From Vicugna vicugna (lineage: Eukaryota), in NCBI GenBank assembly GCA_013265495.1, contig MU057781.1, forward strand, positions 1,426,001 to 1,490,000: 64,000 nt of DNA, given 5' to 3'. Below are positions 11,701 to 25,100 of the stretch, piece after piece (positions within the stretch are counted from its first letter, which is position 1; every line of letters begins with the position of its first letter). A model generated the notes under the pieces. The model was not told the origin of the DNA and searched no databases. It saw nothing but the letters and a program-made list of their open reading frames with translations. The position numbers and the translations under genes are program-made.

Positions 11701-13820
11701 TCACCTGTTCTTCCGAAGGTGCAGGGTGTAGTTGTGCCCTCGGGCCCCCAGGATATAGCTCACGCTCTCTGGGTACAGGCCCTGAGCCAGGGGAAAAGGG
11801 AGGAGTCCACGATGAAGGGCCCTGACCCAGCCACGTTCACTTCAAAGCTGGGGGTGGCTGAGTCAGGCCAGTGGAAGGAGGTAGGGCCCAAGGCTGCACT
11901 GGAAGGGTCAGGGCAGCAGGGAGCTCCACCCAGAACCACACCGGGCCCCTCCAGGCTTACATCCCCCATATGTCCATGCAGGGAGAGTGACAACATCCCT
12001 TTTCCAGGAAGAAAGGGGTGGGAGACAGCTTCTGACAGACAACCCTAGAACCAAGGCAGCAGAGGTGTGGGGCGGGGCCGTCCCTCCTACAGCAGGTGAG
12101 CTTTCGACCTTGGGCCCAATTTGAGGGGCGCTCCTGCCAGCTGCTGGCCCCTTGGGACAGTGTGTGCCATGTCACAGGGTGGGCTGAGGGCCCAGGTGGC
12201 AGGCGGCTCTTCTGCACTGAGGTCAGGATGGGGCTGTTCTCTGCCACCACACGCACGCACACACACACACCACATACACACGGGCACACACATACACATA
12301 TACACACCACACACACTCACATGCACGGACGGACGGACACACATACACACACACACACACACACACTCACACAGGTAAACCCATCCTCATGCGCACTTGA
12401 CGCAGGAATGCCCCCGGGCAGCCCCGGGGAATCCCCGCCCCAGATGTCCGAGAAAGGTGTAATGCTACACGCCCTGGGGAGCCACCCCCTCCCATCTAAG
12501 AGGAATCTGATCGCTGGAGTGAAACTGAGGAGTGGCCCAACCAGCGTGGTTCCTGAAAGGAAGACAGGGCAGCTGCAGTGGGTGCCACCCCACGCAGGGT
12601 GTGCGTGAGGCTGAGGACGGAAGGTGAGGCCGAGGACGGAAGGTGAGGCCTGGGGGAAGGGGGTGGCTTGGACAGAGACCGCCCAAGTGGGCTGAGCCCC
12701 CTCCATGGTTTGCCCCAAATCCAGAAATCCACCTGGCCCTCAGCACCAAAGGCCACCCTGCACATCGGGCTGGGCTATCATCTCACTCTCAGAAGGAAAC
12801 TGGCTCAGAGGGATGGGGTGAGCGAGGTGGGGAACCCCAGGCCAGCTTCCTGTCGAGACTTACCAAGTGGGAGGGCAGGGCTCGGCGGGTGCGGGTTCCT
12901 GGCAGGCGCCGGGGCTGCACCACCTCGTACTGCTCCACGTGGGGCAGAGCGGCCCTGGGGGCGACCACTGCGGGAGAGCCCCCGGCGTGAGCAGGCGCAC
13001 GGGCACTCTCTGGCCCTGGGGCTCCCTCCCCACAAGGAATCGCCTGGAAACTCTGAGGTCTGAGGTCGAGCTCCCAAGCCCAAGTAGGAGCTCAGCATTA
13101 AAAAGACCATCGGACCCCCACCCTGGGTGAAGCCAGGCAGACTTGTGCCTGGCAGTGCCCAGGGATCCTGCCCGGCGCCAGCCCTTCCAGGGGCCCACCA
13201 GGCTGCACCCGGTGCTCAGGGTGGCCCAGACATCTTGCTCAGGAACTGAGGATGCGCACTGGCCCTGGAGGGGGCGGGTCTGCCCACCCAGCACCTGTGG
13301 TTTATACTTCTCAACTAACCACAGAACTGCCTTGAGCTGGGACCTGGCAGCCCCCACCCCTGCCTGCAGGCAGCTCACCTAGCCCAGACCTGGAAGTTGT
13401 CCCACAGCCAACGACCGCCTCATGGTGCCCCCACACCTCGGCCCCAGGCCGTTGGTCCTCAGTCCTCTCTTCCCTGCCAGGCTGGGGGATCCCAGTGAGG
13501 GTGGGCTACCTCCCCAGGGCCCCAGGATGGAGGGGAAGCGGCAGGGTCCTCCACCCTGCTGTGTCCCTGCCCCAGCCCCCACCTCCAGCGCAGGAAGTGC
13601 CAGGTGCCGGTTCTCAACAGTTCCCTTTTGAAGGTTCTGTGTCCGCTGCCCAGGGCCTCTCCGCTGAGTGACCACCTCTGCTCCTCCTGATTCCCAGATA
13701 TCAGCCCTGAGCCCCGTGGGGGACACAGAGGGCCAAGTGACCGAACCAGCCAGAGTGGGATGCGCATCACTCACCCTGCAGCCACAGCACACTGAGCAGC
13801 AGGAGCCCGAGGCCGTGCAT
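2730..13820 (-). CDS. ADAM8: ADAM metallopeptidase domain 8 (CD156a), 24 coding exons; reading frame shifts at the exon 23/24 junction in this assembly
   Basis: Exons (all GT-AG): 13775-13820, 12864-12967, 11705-11781, 11454-11532, 11285-11361, 10831-11014, 10549-10611, 10406-10474, 9905-10074, 9730-9811, 9269-9417, 9007-9184, 8681-8770, 8394-8583, 8218-8299, 7758-7920, 7290-7367, 6614-6698, 5855-5969, 5128-5314, 4658-4723, 4427-4477, 3088-3164, 2730-2780. Domains: signal peptide [15 protein letters not shown], prodomain, zinc motif [11 protein letters not shown] (9343-9375) with CIM Met-turn, disintegrin ([12 protein letters not shown]), Cys-rich, EGF, transmembrane (5855-5969), Pro-rich tail. 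Exons sum to 2513 nt, one short of a multiple of 3. Confidence 0.97.
12247..12373. repeat. Degenerate (CA)n microsatellite in ADAM8 intron 2
   Basis: Interrupted CACA/CATA run. Confidence 0.9.
12605..12650. repeat. 19-bp tandem repeat (GTGAGGCYGAGGACGGAAG) x2.4
   Basis: Units at 12605-12623 and 12624-12642, partial unit at 12643-12650. Confidence 0.85.
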
Positions 13821-13899
13821 GATGGGGTGGTGGTGGGGGTAGTGCGGGCGATTGCCCAGGGGTCCGGGTTGGAAGTTCGGAGCTCCGGGGACACCGCGC

Positions 13900-14060
13900 G
13901 TGGGGAGACGCAGCTCCGTGTTCAGACTGAGTTTGGTCCTGCGCTCAGCTAGATTTATTCCCGCGCACCCCGCCCAGCAACCAGACCCTGGCCCGCAGCC
14001 AATCAGCCCCTCAGAAGCCGGGAGGGGCGGGGCCTAGCCATGAGTGGGCGGGGCCAACAC
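13900..14060 (-). promoter_or_regulatory. ADAM8 proximal promoter (CCAAT, GC boxes)
   Basis: GCCAATC near 13999-14005, GGGGCGGGGC near 14025 and GGGCGGGGC near 14046, about 180-230 nt upstream of the ATG. Confidence 0.5.
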
Positions 14061-16105
14061 CTCTCCACAGGTCCTCTGGGGGCTCCTGGACAGTGTCAGG
14101 TATCCAGTGTCCAGCACACGGAAGCTTCATACATCTGCTCTGAATGAACGCAGGGGGAAGTGGACAGACTAACCCGGGGCACTCCTGCAACTCTGCATCC
14201 CCATGCAGGCGAGGAAACGGGCTGGGGTGCTGGCCCTGCTGGGGGAGGGGAGGAGCGTAAGTGACAGAAAGATTGTGTGTGGGGGAGGAGCCTCTGCCAG
14301 GGAGCAAGGTTTGGGAGGTGCACCTTGACTTACGGGGAACAGAAAGCTCCAGCTGTCTGTGGCCAGCCCTATGGGGTGGGTGCCCCTCCAGGCCCTGGGT
14401 CCTGCCTGCAGGCTCCTGAGGCCTCACTGGGGAGACTGAGCAGGGGGAGCACACAGGTGGGGCTCCAGGCCAGGTGCTGGGCAGCTCTGGGTCCCTACGG
14501 GTCAAGGCCTGCAGCTCCTGGCACAGCAACTGGATGCAGCCTGCCCGCTGGTGCCTCCCCTCGTTCCTGCCAGCCCTGGGTGGATGGGGCTGCCCTACTC
14601 TGGCCAGGGACCTGGGACCCGGGCCTTCTGCGGCTGAGCCGGCCAGTGGCACCCAAACCTTATTCTGGACGTGTTCTCTGGGATGGACAGTGGAGCATGT
14701 CAAAGTGTCAGGTAAAATGGAGTGGCACCCACAGCTGGTACCAGACCAGAGATCACAGCTCAGCAGACCGTCATCTCCCATGAAGTGAATGGCGAAAGAA
14801 ACAAGGCAGGAGGAGCTCGCGCACACACGGCGTGTCTGGGGCAGGGGACAGGCCCTGGGGCCAGAGGGAGCAGGGCACAGGCAGCACCTGTCCCCGAGCT
14901 CACGCAGCCGTACAACCAGGCACACAAGCCACCCAAAATCCCTGACAAGTTTACTTCTCTTCTTTGGTCACACACTGCACGTCATCTGATAGCAGAAGTT
15001 CAAAGGCAGCATGTCCCTATTTGGGCAAAAACACCAGCCACTGGGACTGTGCACTGACCACAATGCGCAGCTAACTAACAGGGACTCGGCAATGGCAGCC
15101 AGGACCTCCCTCATCACAAGGACCCCCCCACCCAGCCTCCAGGATGCGCCCCTCCGCCACCACCACCTGCAACTGGAGGTGTCTGGGGACAGGGACCCCG
15201 GGGTCTGGGCCTCGGGGCTGGGCAGGAGGGCCAGCAGCTGGCTCTGGTCAGCCCCCGTGTTGCACAAGCCAGGACTGTGGCAACTGGGGTTGTAAACTTG
15301 TTTACGCACAGGTCATACTTGCCCACACTGTAGCTTAAAAGAGGAAGCAGCCTGTGGCAGGAGTCCAGCCACTCAGGGAGGGGTGCCCCCCTCCCTGGGA
15401 GAACCCCGTCATGCCACCTCATCTGCCCAGGGTCCACCTGGACAGAGCAGGGGTCAGAAGTGAATTTTGAAAATAACGTACGTGGAATTCAGCAGGAAGG
15501 GGCAGCTTGGCTGGGAGCAGAGCACATAGATGTTCAAGGCAGGTCACACTGGGACTGGCCATTCCCCCTACTGCCCGTCGAGGGGGCCAGACACGGCTGG
15601 GCCTAATGGACGGGGGCCTGGGCCTCAGCCGCAGCAGGGTAGCTCTTCCTCTGCTCTGCGGGCACCTGGGAGATGCACCCAGGCGGTTCCCGCTACAGGG
15701 CGTGGGCCATGCTGCCCTCTGCTGCCTGGAGCAAGCCAGCCGGCTGGAGGGGCCAGGCTGACCCTGGGAGCCCATCCCCCAGTCACACCGACAGGTGGGG
15801 ACACAAGGCCCACACCTCCCCCACATGGCATCTTGGTGACTGTCCTGATGTTGCCCAAAAGCCATGTGTTTTTACTTTATCTTATTTGAGACCAACACAC
15901 TCTTCAGGGTGACTTCAACTCAGGAGAGCACGCAGGAGAGCAGACCTCTGTCTGGGATTGTGAACCAAGAGATGGGAGCTGAGCGCAGGTGACTGCAGGC
16001 TTTATGTTTAAGCAGAACCCGGGGCACATGCGACCCAGGAACGTCTGGGGAAAACCTCCAAACCCATTCGCTCACGCCACTGGGGCTGTGGTGCTGCGGC
16101 TGGCC

Positions 16106-19100
16106 TCACTGCGCAGTGACCGCGATCCTGGGCGTTGGAGCCGGGGGCCCCCGTGGCAAGGGCGCTGCGGGGGCCGCCTTCTGGCTCCTCTCTGCGGACA
16201 GGCGCTCCAGCCGCTCGGTGTAGAAGCCGTTGAAGTCGAGCCTGTGGGGGAAAGCAGGCTGTGTCCCTGCAGACGCCCCCAGGTCGGGGTGGAGATTCCT
16301 CCCTCAGTGGCCCTGCAGGTGACCCTCCTTTCCCCACCACGGTGAAGGGCTGGCTCCACCCTGGACAGGAGGGCGCTCAGTCACCAGCACACAAACACGG
16401 CCCCAGGCTCCACACAGCCTTCACCTGCAACACGGAGACTGAACTTACACACTTGGGGAAACTAAAGGCAAGACAAACATCTCCAGCCCCTGGACGTCGG
16501 GGCTCCCTGAACCCTGGTGCCCAGGACATCGGGACGCCTGTGGGTGGAACAGGGCAGTCCCAATGTCTGGCTCTACCTAAGGCCACCCAACAGGAGCCTT
16601 CCCAGGGAACGATCGCCCCCCGACCTCCACCCAGTGAGCAGGCCCATCACCTCCGCTCTGAGGAGCTGTGCACCCAGGGTCCTTGGGGCAACAGAAACCT
16701 GCCAGCCCCAGAACCATCAGCCGCACCGATCAGCCCGCTGATCACCACGCACCCGTCCTCACCACTTCTGCACAGCCCTACCCAGGGTTCCTCCCAGATT
16801 CCTCTGCCTCCTGCACACGGGCTGCCCCGGGCTCCCCAGATGTGTACCCCAGGACTGTAGCATCATGGCCCTTGAGGTGCTGGCCTGAGAGGTGTGGCCA
16901 GACCCCCACACCCAACGTGGAAGGCTGAGTGAGCACTGCCCTGACCCTTACTGACCCTCCCAGCGATCCCCTGACCAGCCGACATCGGGAGGACAGCACC
17001 TCCCACTGTTCACCTAGCGAGGGTGATGGCCAGGGCTGGGGCCCAAGGGGCCTGGGCAGCATCCTGGGTCCTGGCTGGGGTGAGACACACAAACTAGGGG
17101 TGCTGACGGGGTGGCCTGACTTGTACTGGTCAACACACACAGGACACACCTGTGAACACACACAGACTGTCTCTCCAGCGAATGACAAGTAACCAGCAGC
17201 AGCATGACAAAGCCAAGGACAGCATCCTTGGCAGAGTAGACACGGCCTCAGTCACACCTCAGTGATGGTGAGAGGACGTGGCGGGGCAGGGAGCAGACTT
17301 GGGCGTGGGCCCTGCGGTCACTGTGTGTGGTAGAAAGGGGGCCACCCTTTCCGCGGGGCTGGAGGCAGCGACACCCACCTGGAGATGACGCTGGCCATGC
17401 CGTGCTCGCAGTCACTGGTGCTGTAGAGGCTCAGCTGGGCCAGGAGGTCCAGCAGATGGGCCGAGAAATTCTGGTCAAACTTACTGATGGTGGCCTCGAA
17501 GCTGGAGGCCAGCTGCGGCGTGTCCACATGCTCGGCCAGGCACTGCAAGACACAGAAGCCCTCCTGCTGCTCATCCTCCCTTCTCTTCTCTCTTTCTTTC
17601 AAATAGGAGAACATGTCTCGGGAAGTTTTCAGGTGACAAGAGATAGAGGATCAGGGCACCGTGAAAACTCGAGACGGCAGGATGCAGAGACACAGTCCGG
17701 GCAGCAGGCCCGCGGATGTCTGTGGACGGCAAGTTTCTCCCTGTAGCTCAGATTCTCAAGCCGACGGTGTTGTCTCCTGGCCACCGCTCAGCACAGAGCA
17801 CAGAGAAGGGAACCCAGAGTGCCTGCCTGGGCTCACCTCCCCACTCCCTGCTGACCACCTGACCCTCCTGGTTACGGAAAGACTCCAGTCACCGTGACTG
17901 CAGGGCCCGCAGCCCCGAGCCTCCGCAGGTGGCACCCTGGCTCAGCCCCACAGCACCACTCTGGTAACGTGGCCTCGCTCTGGGCATAGAGGACTGAGGT
18001 TTACATGAAGCGGTGGGGAGATACTCTGGTTTGTGTTTGGAACCTAATTTAAGATGATCTTTATTTTACTCAGAGGGAAGCCAGGAATGGAAGGATGGCA
18101 GTGGATCAGGTCTGAGTGCTGCGACCCTAATGGTGTCAGATCTGAGCGGGAACAGGAGGGTCTCCGAAACAAACTGAAAGGCCACTCACCTTGCGGGCAA
18201 GCTCCCTGCGGGCGCGCTCCTCTGGGTGCTCAGCCTCCTCCACGGGCGGCCCCGGCACCGCGCTGCGCTCCAGCGCCAGGCCGCCCAGCTCACTGTCCAC
18301 CTTCATGCTCTGCGTGAATCTCTTGGGGGTCAGGAAGAAATGTGCGCCAACTATGACCACTCAACTCCAAGGGAAACGCTGCCCCCGTGCGTCCGGGACA
18401 GGCTCTGCAGGACTCAGGTCACATGCTCATGGCCTGCCGCCGCCCACCCAACTGGAGCCCCCAAGGTCCCAAGCCCCGACCCCAGTGGGCGCACCTGCAT
18501 GCAGTTGGTGAACATGACGCACACGGACATGAGCTTGGAGAAGGCCCTGAGCAGCGCGGGGGTGGTCAGCATGCAGTCCTTCAGACAGCTGTCCAGGAAG
18601 CCCGCGTGGTGCCCCAGCACATCGTCGATGTTGGAGGCCTGGGCAGCGGACACCGGCCTTTTCTCAGAATGACTGTGCCAGGCACAGCCCCGTGCACAAA
18701 TCTTCCCAGGGTCTTTGCAGGAAGACTTCAAAATACCGCTAAGAGCACACACCAAATGTGCCCCCCAAAGCGCCAAGCTTTTTAAGAGAGAAAACACAGA
18801 AGTGCTCTGTGCCCTTCCCACTCCTAGAACTTGGGGCGTGAACCCTGTGGCTGGCAGCCCTGGACAGGAGCGCTGGCCCAGCTGTGAGGCCCCATGGGAA
18901 CACACGTGCTCCTCCGGCAGCCGGACTCCTAGTGGCCCTAAACCCTGGTCACCCTGGAGGGAACCCCCCATGGCCACCTCTCCTGACGATGCTCTGGTGG
19001 CGTCTCAGGAGCTGTGGGGTCAGCCCCTCCCTGGCACCTGACCTGCTCCCTGGCTGCAGACACTACTAAGTGCCATTGTGAGGAGGCCAAACTCACGGAC

Positions 19101-22100
19101 TTCAGGTTTTTCTCCAGGACGTGCCAGGTCGGCTCCATCACCTCGAACATCATGTAGTACTGGATGTTCTGGACGAAGTTGAGCATCCGCTGCCGCAGCG
19201 TGAAGGCACCAGCGAACCTGCGCGAGGGTGCAGGTCACAGACGCACAGCCGCAGCCCCTGTGCCTGAGGGTCCACCCCCGCCCCCCTGCCGAATATGCGA
19301 CGCATCGTCAGGGACCACCCCGCCCTGTGTGTGCAGTGTCGTCAGGGACCACCCCCACTGAGTGGGGTGCGTTGTCAGGGTCCACCCCCTCCCCAACAGT
19401 TCCCACCACTGAGCGGCGGTGGCTCACAAGGGCTCGGCCACTCCACTAGCCAAGCACCCAGCCATCCTGTGCAGCAGGAAAGGTCCTAAATTAGAAGCTG
19501 TGAACACGCATCCCCAGATCTCTGTCTTCAGGCTATGGAGAGGGTGCAGCTCTGCCCTGTGGGAACCCTGGGAGCAGACAGGACGTACCACTTGGCAGAG
19601 TGCAGAGAGCATTGCTTGGCGGCTTTGTTGCTGATCCAAACGTTGCAGAGCTGCCGCTCCACGTGCTTGCAGTAGAACATGTGTCTGAAGAGCATCTGAT
19701 AGCGCGTCAGGGCCTTCCTACCAGGAGGGAAAAGGCAGCGGCCTCTGACTGACGCCGCTGGTCGTCGATGGTGCCAGACATCGTCTGAGAGGCTCACAGT
19801 ATGGAGCATGCCCTAGGTGGCCAGTAACCCCGAGGGGCACAATCAGACGTGGAGACCCTGCCGCCCACCTGTTGATGATCAGAGACAGGGGCCACTTCAC
19901 CACGTAGTCGAAGGAGAAGGCCTCCAGGCCGGTCAGCGAGAGCTCAGTGGGGTCGGCATGGACCATGGCCTTCTCCTGCTTGGTCTCGATGGCCAGAACC
20001 CGCAGAAGCTGGGTGATGAGGTCATGAGGCATCAGGTCAATCTTGGGGACAGAGAAATGGAAAAGCATCAGGTCCTGACCCCTACCCAACCCTGCATCAC
20101 AAACTAGAAAAGCAGACTCTCAATCTTGGAGGCTGGTTTAAAACACCAAACATCTACTGATAAACCCTAATGAAGAAATTAAACCACCTCCCGCCGAAGT
20201 GGAAAAAGCAGAGCACAGAGGAATCACTCCGAAAACACCCCTGACGGTAAAGTGCGGCGCGAGGGATGGCTGGAAACCTTCCACCGCAGCACACAGGCCC
20301 AGGCCATGGTGAGGGCGGTGCAGCTGTTCTCGGCAGGGCGCGCTGTCCACACGTCACTCTGTTCAAATACTCACGAGGGCCACTGACACACCAGACAGCA
20401 GGATGATTCCCACAAACTGATGAAGAGCGAGAGGATGGAGGATGGCAGTTGGCAGGAGCGGAAACAGAATCAGCAGTGACACCCTCCCATCACACGCCAC
20501 AGAAACGGACACCAAACAGCTGTGCCTCTCACGCCAGGCCCACCCGGTGGCAGCCCTGGGTGCCCGGGACCCAGTGCCAGTGCCGTCAGCCCAGCCATGC
20601 GCTGGCCAGGCGCGTCCATCCGAGAACCTGGCCTCCAGGACTTTATCCTGTGAAAACACGCTTTTGCCTCACCGTAGGAAGCAAGGACTGGCAGAACTGA
20701 GAGAGCTGCGCCTGACACCCCACTGTCCACACCACAGCCAGCCAACAGAAGAGGGAAGAGAGGACCCGAACATGGCGAGCCAGCACCACGAGACCTGCCC
20801 CTCGTGCACAGAGCCCTCTCCAGGACGGGCCACAGAGCAAGGCCTTGGTGATGCTTAAAAGCTGAAACACGAAGTGCCCTCTGACTACAGTGGGGTGACG
20901 TCAGAAATCAGTAACAGGGGAAAACAGAATATTCACGAATCGTGAAAGGTGGACGCTCTTAAAAACAAATGGGTCAAGGAAGAAATCACAATGGAAACTG
21001 GAGGACACCTTGAGCCAGACGGAAATGGGAACACTGTCACCAAAACTGCCAGGCGCAGTAGATCAAAGCTCAGGGGGAAATTCACAGCAGCAGAAAGAAC
21101 CACATCAAGCCGACAACCCAGCTTAACCATCCAGGAAACCGGAAAACGAGCAAATGACCCAAAGCAGAAGGAAGAAAACAACAATCAGAGCAGGAAGAAA
21201 CCAGAGACGAGAGAAACAACACGGAAAACCGAGGAAACCATCAGGCTGGGTCTCTGCAAAACCAACCAAGCTGACAAGTTTTTAGGTGTATTCGTCTGCA
21301 CAAGAAAGAAGACTCCAATGACTAAAATCAGAAATGGCAGTGCCAACCTTACAGAAACAGATGAGCTCACGAGAACTCATTCCTACACAAATTCCTGCAG
21401 ACACTTAAGTCACCAAAACTGACTCAAGCAGAAGCAGAGATGGGAGCAGACCTGGAGCAGGGAGGAGACAGAGGAAACCACAGACCCTCTGGACAAGAAA
21501 AGCCTCGCTGGCGAGTTCTACCCAACACTCCAGGGAGAATTAACACCGATCCTCCTGAAACGTCAAAAGACCAAAGAGGAGGGAACATTTCAGCTCAGCC
21601 TATGAGGCCAGAGACCCCACAAAGGACTAAGGCCAACACGCCTGCGGGACCAGACCTCGGACACGGGTCCCGCAGCACACGAAAGGCTCACACCCCACGA
21701 GGCCTGGCCCCCACTGTGCTTCTGGAGCGCGGTGGGCAGCCCACCTTGAGGTCATCTTTGAAGGGGTCAGTGTTGGCGGTGCTCATGCGCAGGGCCAGCT
21801 CCAGCAGCGCCTCCAGGCGGGTGGGCGTGATGTCGTCCACCGGCTTCTTCAACTCCTCCTCCGTCAGGTCCATGAAGTGCACGAAGAAGTCGCCTTGGTC
21901 CATCAGGAAGTAGCGCTTGATGGACCTGCGAGCGGGCGAAGGTGAGAGTCCGCACCAGCAGGGCCCTGAATGCGAGAACAGCCTGGACTCGCAGAGGCTT
22001 CCCGCAACTGGGATGCGGGGTGACGAGGTGGGGCCACGTGGGCCTGGGAGGAGTGCCGGTGCCCACACCCGCCGGTGCCTGAGCTGAGACGTTTACAGGG

Positions 22101-25100
22101 GCCGAGGTGAAGTGCTCTCTCAGGTGGAGGCACAGGATCACTGCGCCGGGCTGTGCAGGAGGTGCTGCCAGAAAGGTGCGGGTGCTGCAGGTGGGGCTCC
22201 AGGAGGGCAGGGGGCCGAGGAGGGGGCTGGTGGCTCCAGACAGGAAGCTATGCCACCGTGGACAGGGTGACACGGGCAGACCCTGCCCTCGCCAGCCTCC
22301 AGTAGGACATCTCTGGGATGGCGGGTGTGAGGCCCACAGGCCTCTTCGGGCTGGATGCAGCCTGGCATGCGGCCTTGTTTAAAGTGACAAGTGATCTGTT
22401 GCGTCGGCGCCCGACCGCGGGCAGGCACCCAGGGGGACACACACCTCAGGTGAGCTACGAGCTCCTTCTCCTCCATCAGGAAGTCCAGCAGCACCTTGCT
22501 GGCATAGTTGAAGGCCTTCTCGATCTGCTCCACATATGCCCGCTCCTTCAGCGTGTAGATGACCTCCTTGGCCACTGGGCAGGTGACATCGTGACCACAC
22601 TCTCTGACCACATTTAGGTATTTTCCTGGAAAAAGGAAAGCAAGTTTACATTCTTGACGCTCACGGCTAGTCGCAGGCCTGGACCTGAGACAGTGCAGCC
22701 CGAATGCCGGCCCGGGGACAGGCCCAGGACTGACTGGGCAAGAATGGTCCTGGAACCGCCCCCACCCCACCGCCAGGGCACAGCAGCACAGCTGCCCCCG
22801 TCACGGGCTGACGCGGTGCTGTGGCCTCCCAGTCCAACCAGGGATGCTCGCTTGCCTCTGAGGGCTGGGCTGGGCCAGGGTTGGGAGGGTTTAGTCTGGC
22901 TCCGGTGAGGCTTTCTGAAGTGACTGCTGGGCTCTTGATGCAAAAGACCCAGCTCTGACGAGTCATGGGAGGTCACAGCACTGACTGCGTCAGCCCATGA
23001 CGGGGGCAGCGGTGCCGCTGTGCCCTGGGTGGGGCCGGGCCCCGGATCCGCGGGGACAGAAGCGCCTGGGCTCGGACCCCCAGGTGTCACCAGGGGGCCT
23101 CTCCGTGGGCTCTTCACCTGTGCCCCTTACGGTGTCCTTCGTGGTAAAGCAGGCGTCTGGTAAGCGCAGCGCCTCCCTGAGTTCTGGAGGTCGTCACAGC
23201 AAACACCGGGCCTGCGGAGGGGTCCCGGGAACCCCACTTGGGCCCACGCTGGACAGAAGTGCTGGCGGCCTGGGACCCGATACTTGTGACCAGTGTCTGC
23301 AGTGGGGGCAGTCCGGGGGACTGAGCCCTCAACCTGTGGGGCCTGCGCTGACCTGGGGAGTTAGTGTCAGAACTGGGCATCCACAGGGAACTGGAGAGCT
23401 GGCTGCTGGTGTAGAAAACCCACATGTCTGGGGTCAGAGGAGTTGGGGGCAGAAAAGTTTTCCTTTAAGTGGTAACAGTTTTAGAAATTAAGCCACACAG
23501 CAACCGTGAGACAACCAGGGGCAGGGAGCACGCGCCCGCGAGCGCCCCGCTCACCTGTGCTGAGGACCTTGCCCGCCATCTTCTGCAGGAAGGAGGGGAT
23601 CTGGCGCTGCACCACAGTGTACCGCTGGTCCCAGTACTTGTCGTTGTAGTCCTCTTGGATCTTCTCCTTCTGCAGCTCGTGCTCTTCCACCATGAACTCG
23701 CTGCAGAGCACAGGGGCCTGCTGGCTGCGGGGCTGTGCACAGCCAAGCAGCACAGCAGAGGCCGCCGTCCAGCCCGGCCTCGGTGCGGGGATTTCTCTGC
23801 TGCAAGGGGAGGTGCTCCTGCCAACCTCACTGTGGCCGGACACCCACCAGCCCAGGTGAGAGGACTTGGGGTCTGCAGGGCTGGGGGGCCACCCCCCTCA
23901 CCCTCACCCCCTCCCATGGGGCCTCACGTTTCCCTCCATCTCAAATGGAGGCAATGAGACACTCCAGTCGGGTACGCGAGCCTTCACGTCAGGGGTCAGA
24001 CGCCATCCATCCGCGTCACGACCGTGAAAGGGATTCCTTGCTAGGCCCTCACACTTGAGTTTGCTAGCTCGACCATTAGTAAACTATTTCTGGCCAACGA
24101 ATTCATCTTTTAAATATTTTGACAAACACACATCAACGTGGAATTCTTCGTGCACTGACACGTGTCAGGGTGACGAGGGGCCGCGGACGCGCCCAGGTGC
24201 CCCCAGCCCCACCTGTACGGGTCATTGATGACACCTCGGTAGATCCACTTCTCCAGGATTTCAAAGTAGGGCACGCTGGCGGCCTTGGTGAGGTACAGAC
24301 ACAGCTCCTGCGCCTGGCTGTCGCCTGTGTAGCTGAAGCTCCGGTCATGCAGGAGGCTCAGGGTCGACCCCCCGACACACTCGCCTTTATCCACCGAGGT
24401 GGCTGCTCAGAGGAGGTGGCGCTCAGTGCCGAGGGCCCAGCAGTCACCATGGCAGACAGAAGCCCCTCAGCTCACCTCCCACCTCCTTACACAGACAGGC
24501 TTTCTTTTGGGGATAAACACGAAGCCGCACTGCCTCTGCCTCCCTAGAGCAAGGGGCGGAGGATGGACATCCTGGCCATGTTGCCCCCACTGCCCCAGGG
24601 CCCCGGCTCTCCTCTCACCCAGGGAGGCCAGGATGTCCACGGTGCGCATGGCTGGCTGGACATAGAACCAGAGCTTCTGAAGGGACAGGAGACCCTGCCT
24701 CTGCAGCTGCTCCAGCTGCGTGACCAGGATCAGGTACTCCTTCACCAGTGTTCTCATGGCAGCCGCCAAGGCGTGGTTCACCTGCCCATACTCGAAGGAA
24801 GACTTCTCTTCAATGAATCTGTGGGGAAAGGAAATAGTGAGCACCCCTGAGAGGGTGGGAGCTCGTCTCAGGAGGGAAGGTGGACGACCGAAGCCCCCCT
24901 TGCCATCCTCAGGGCACTGTGGACACCTGTCTCCCTCGTGTGGCTCAGCGAGGTAGAGACTTTCCTCAGAAGAGGGCTGAGTGACCTTGACGGGCACCTC
25001 TGGCGAGCCTGGCACCAACCTTGTCACGGTGGAGTAACTGGCGGCCACTGGGAGGATCCTGTTCACCAGCTCCCTGATGGACAGGTCCAGGTTGGGGTCC

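Noticed and set aside
17209-17232. 8-bp perfect hairpin GCCAAGGA-CAGCA-TCCTTGGC as an iron-responsive element
   Set aside because: The loop is not CAGUGH, there is no C bulge, and it is intronic.
20949-21422. 157-aa Lys/Thr-rich plus ORF as a novel gene
   Set aside because: It is a decayed L1 ORF2 fragment.
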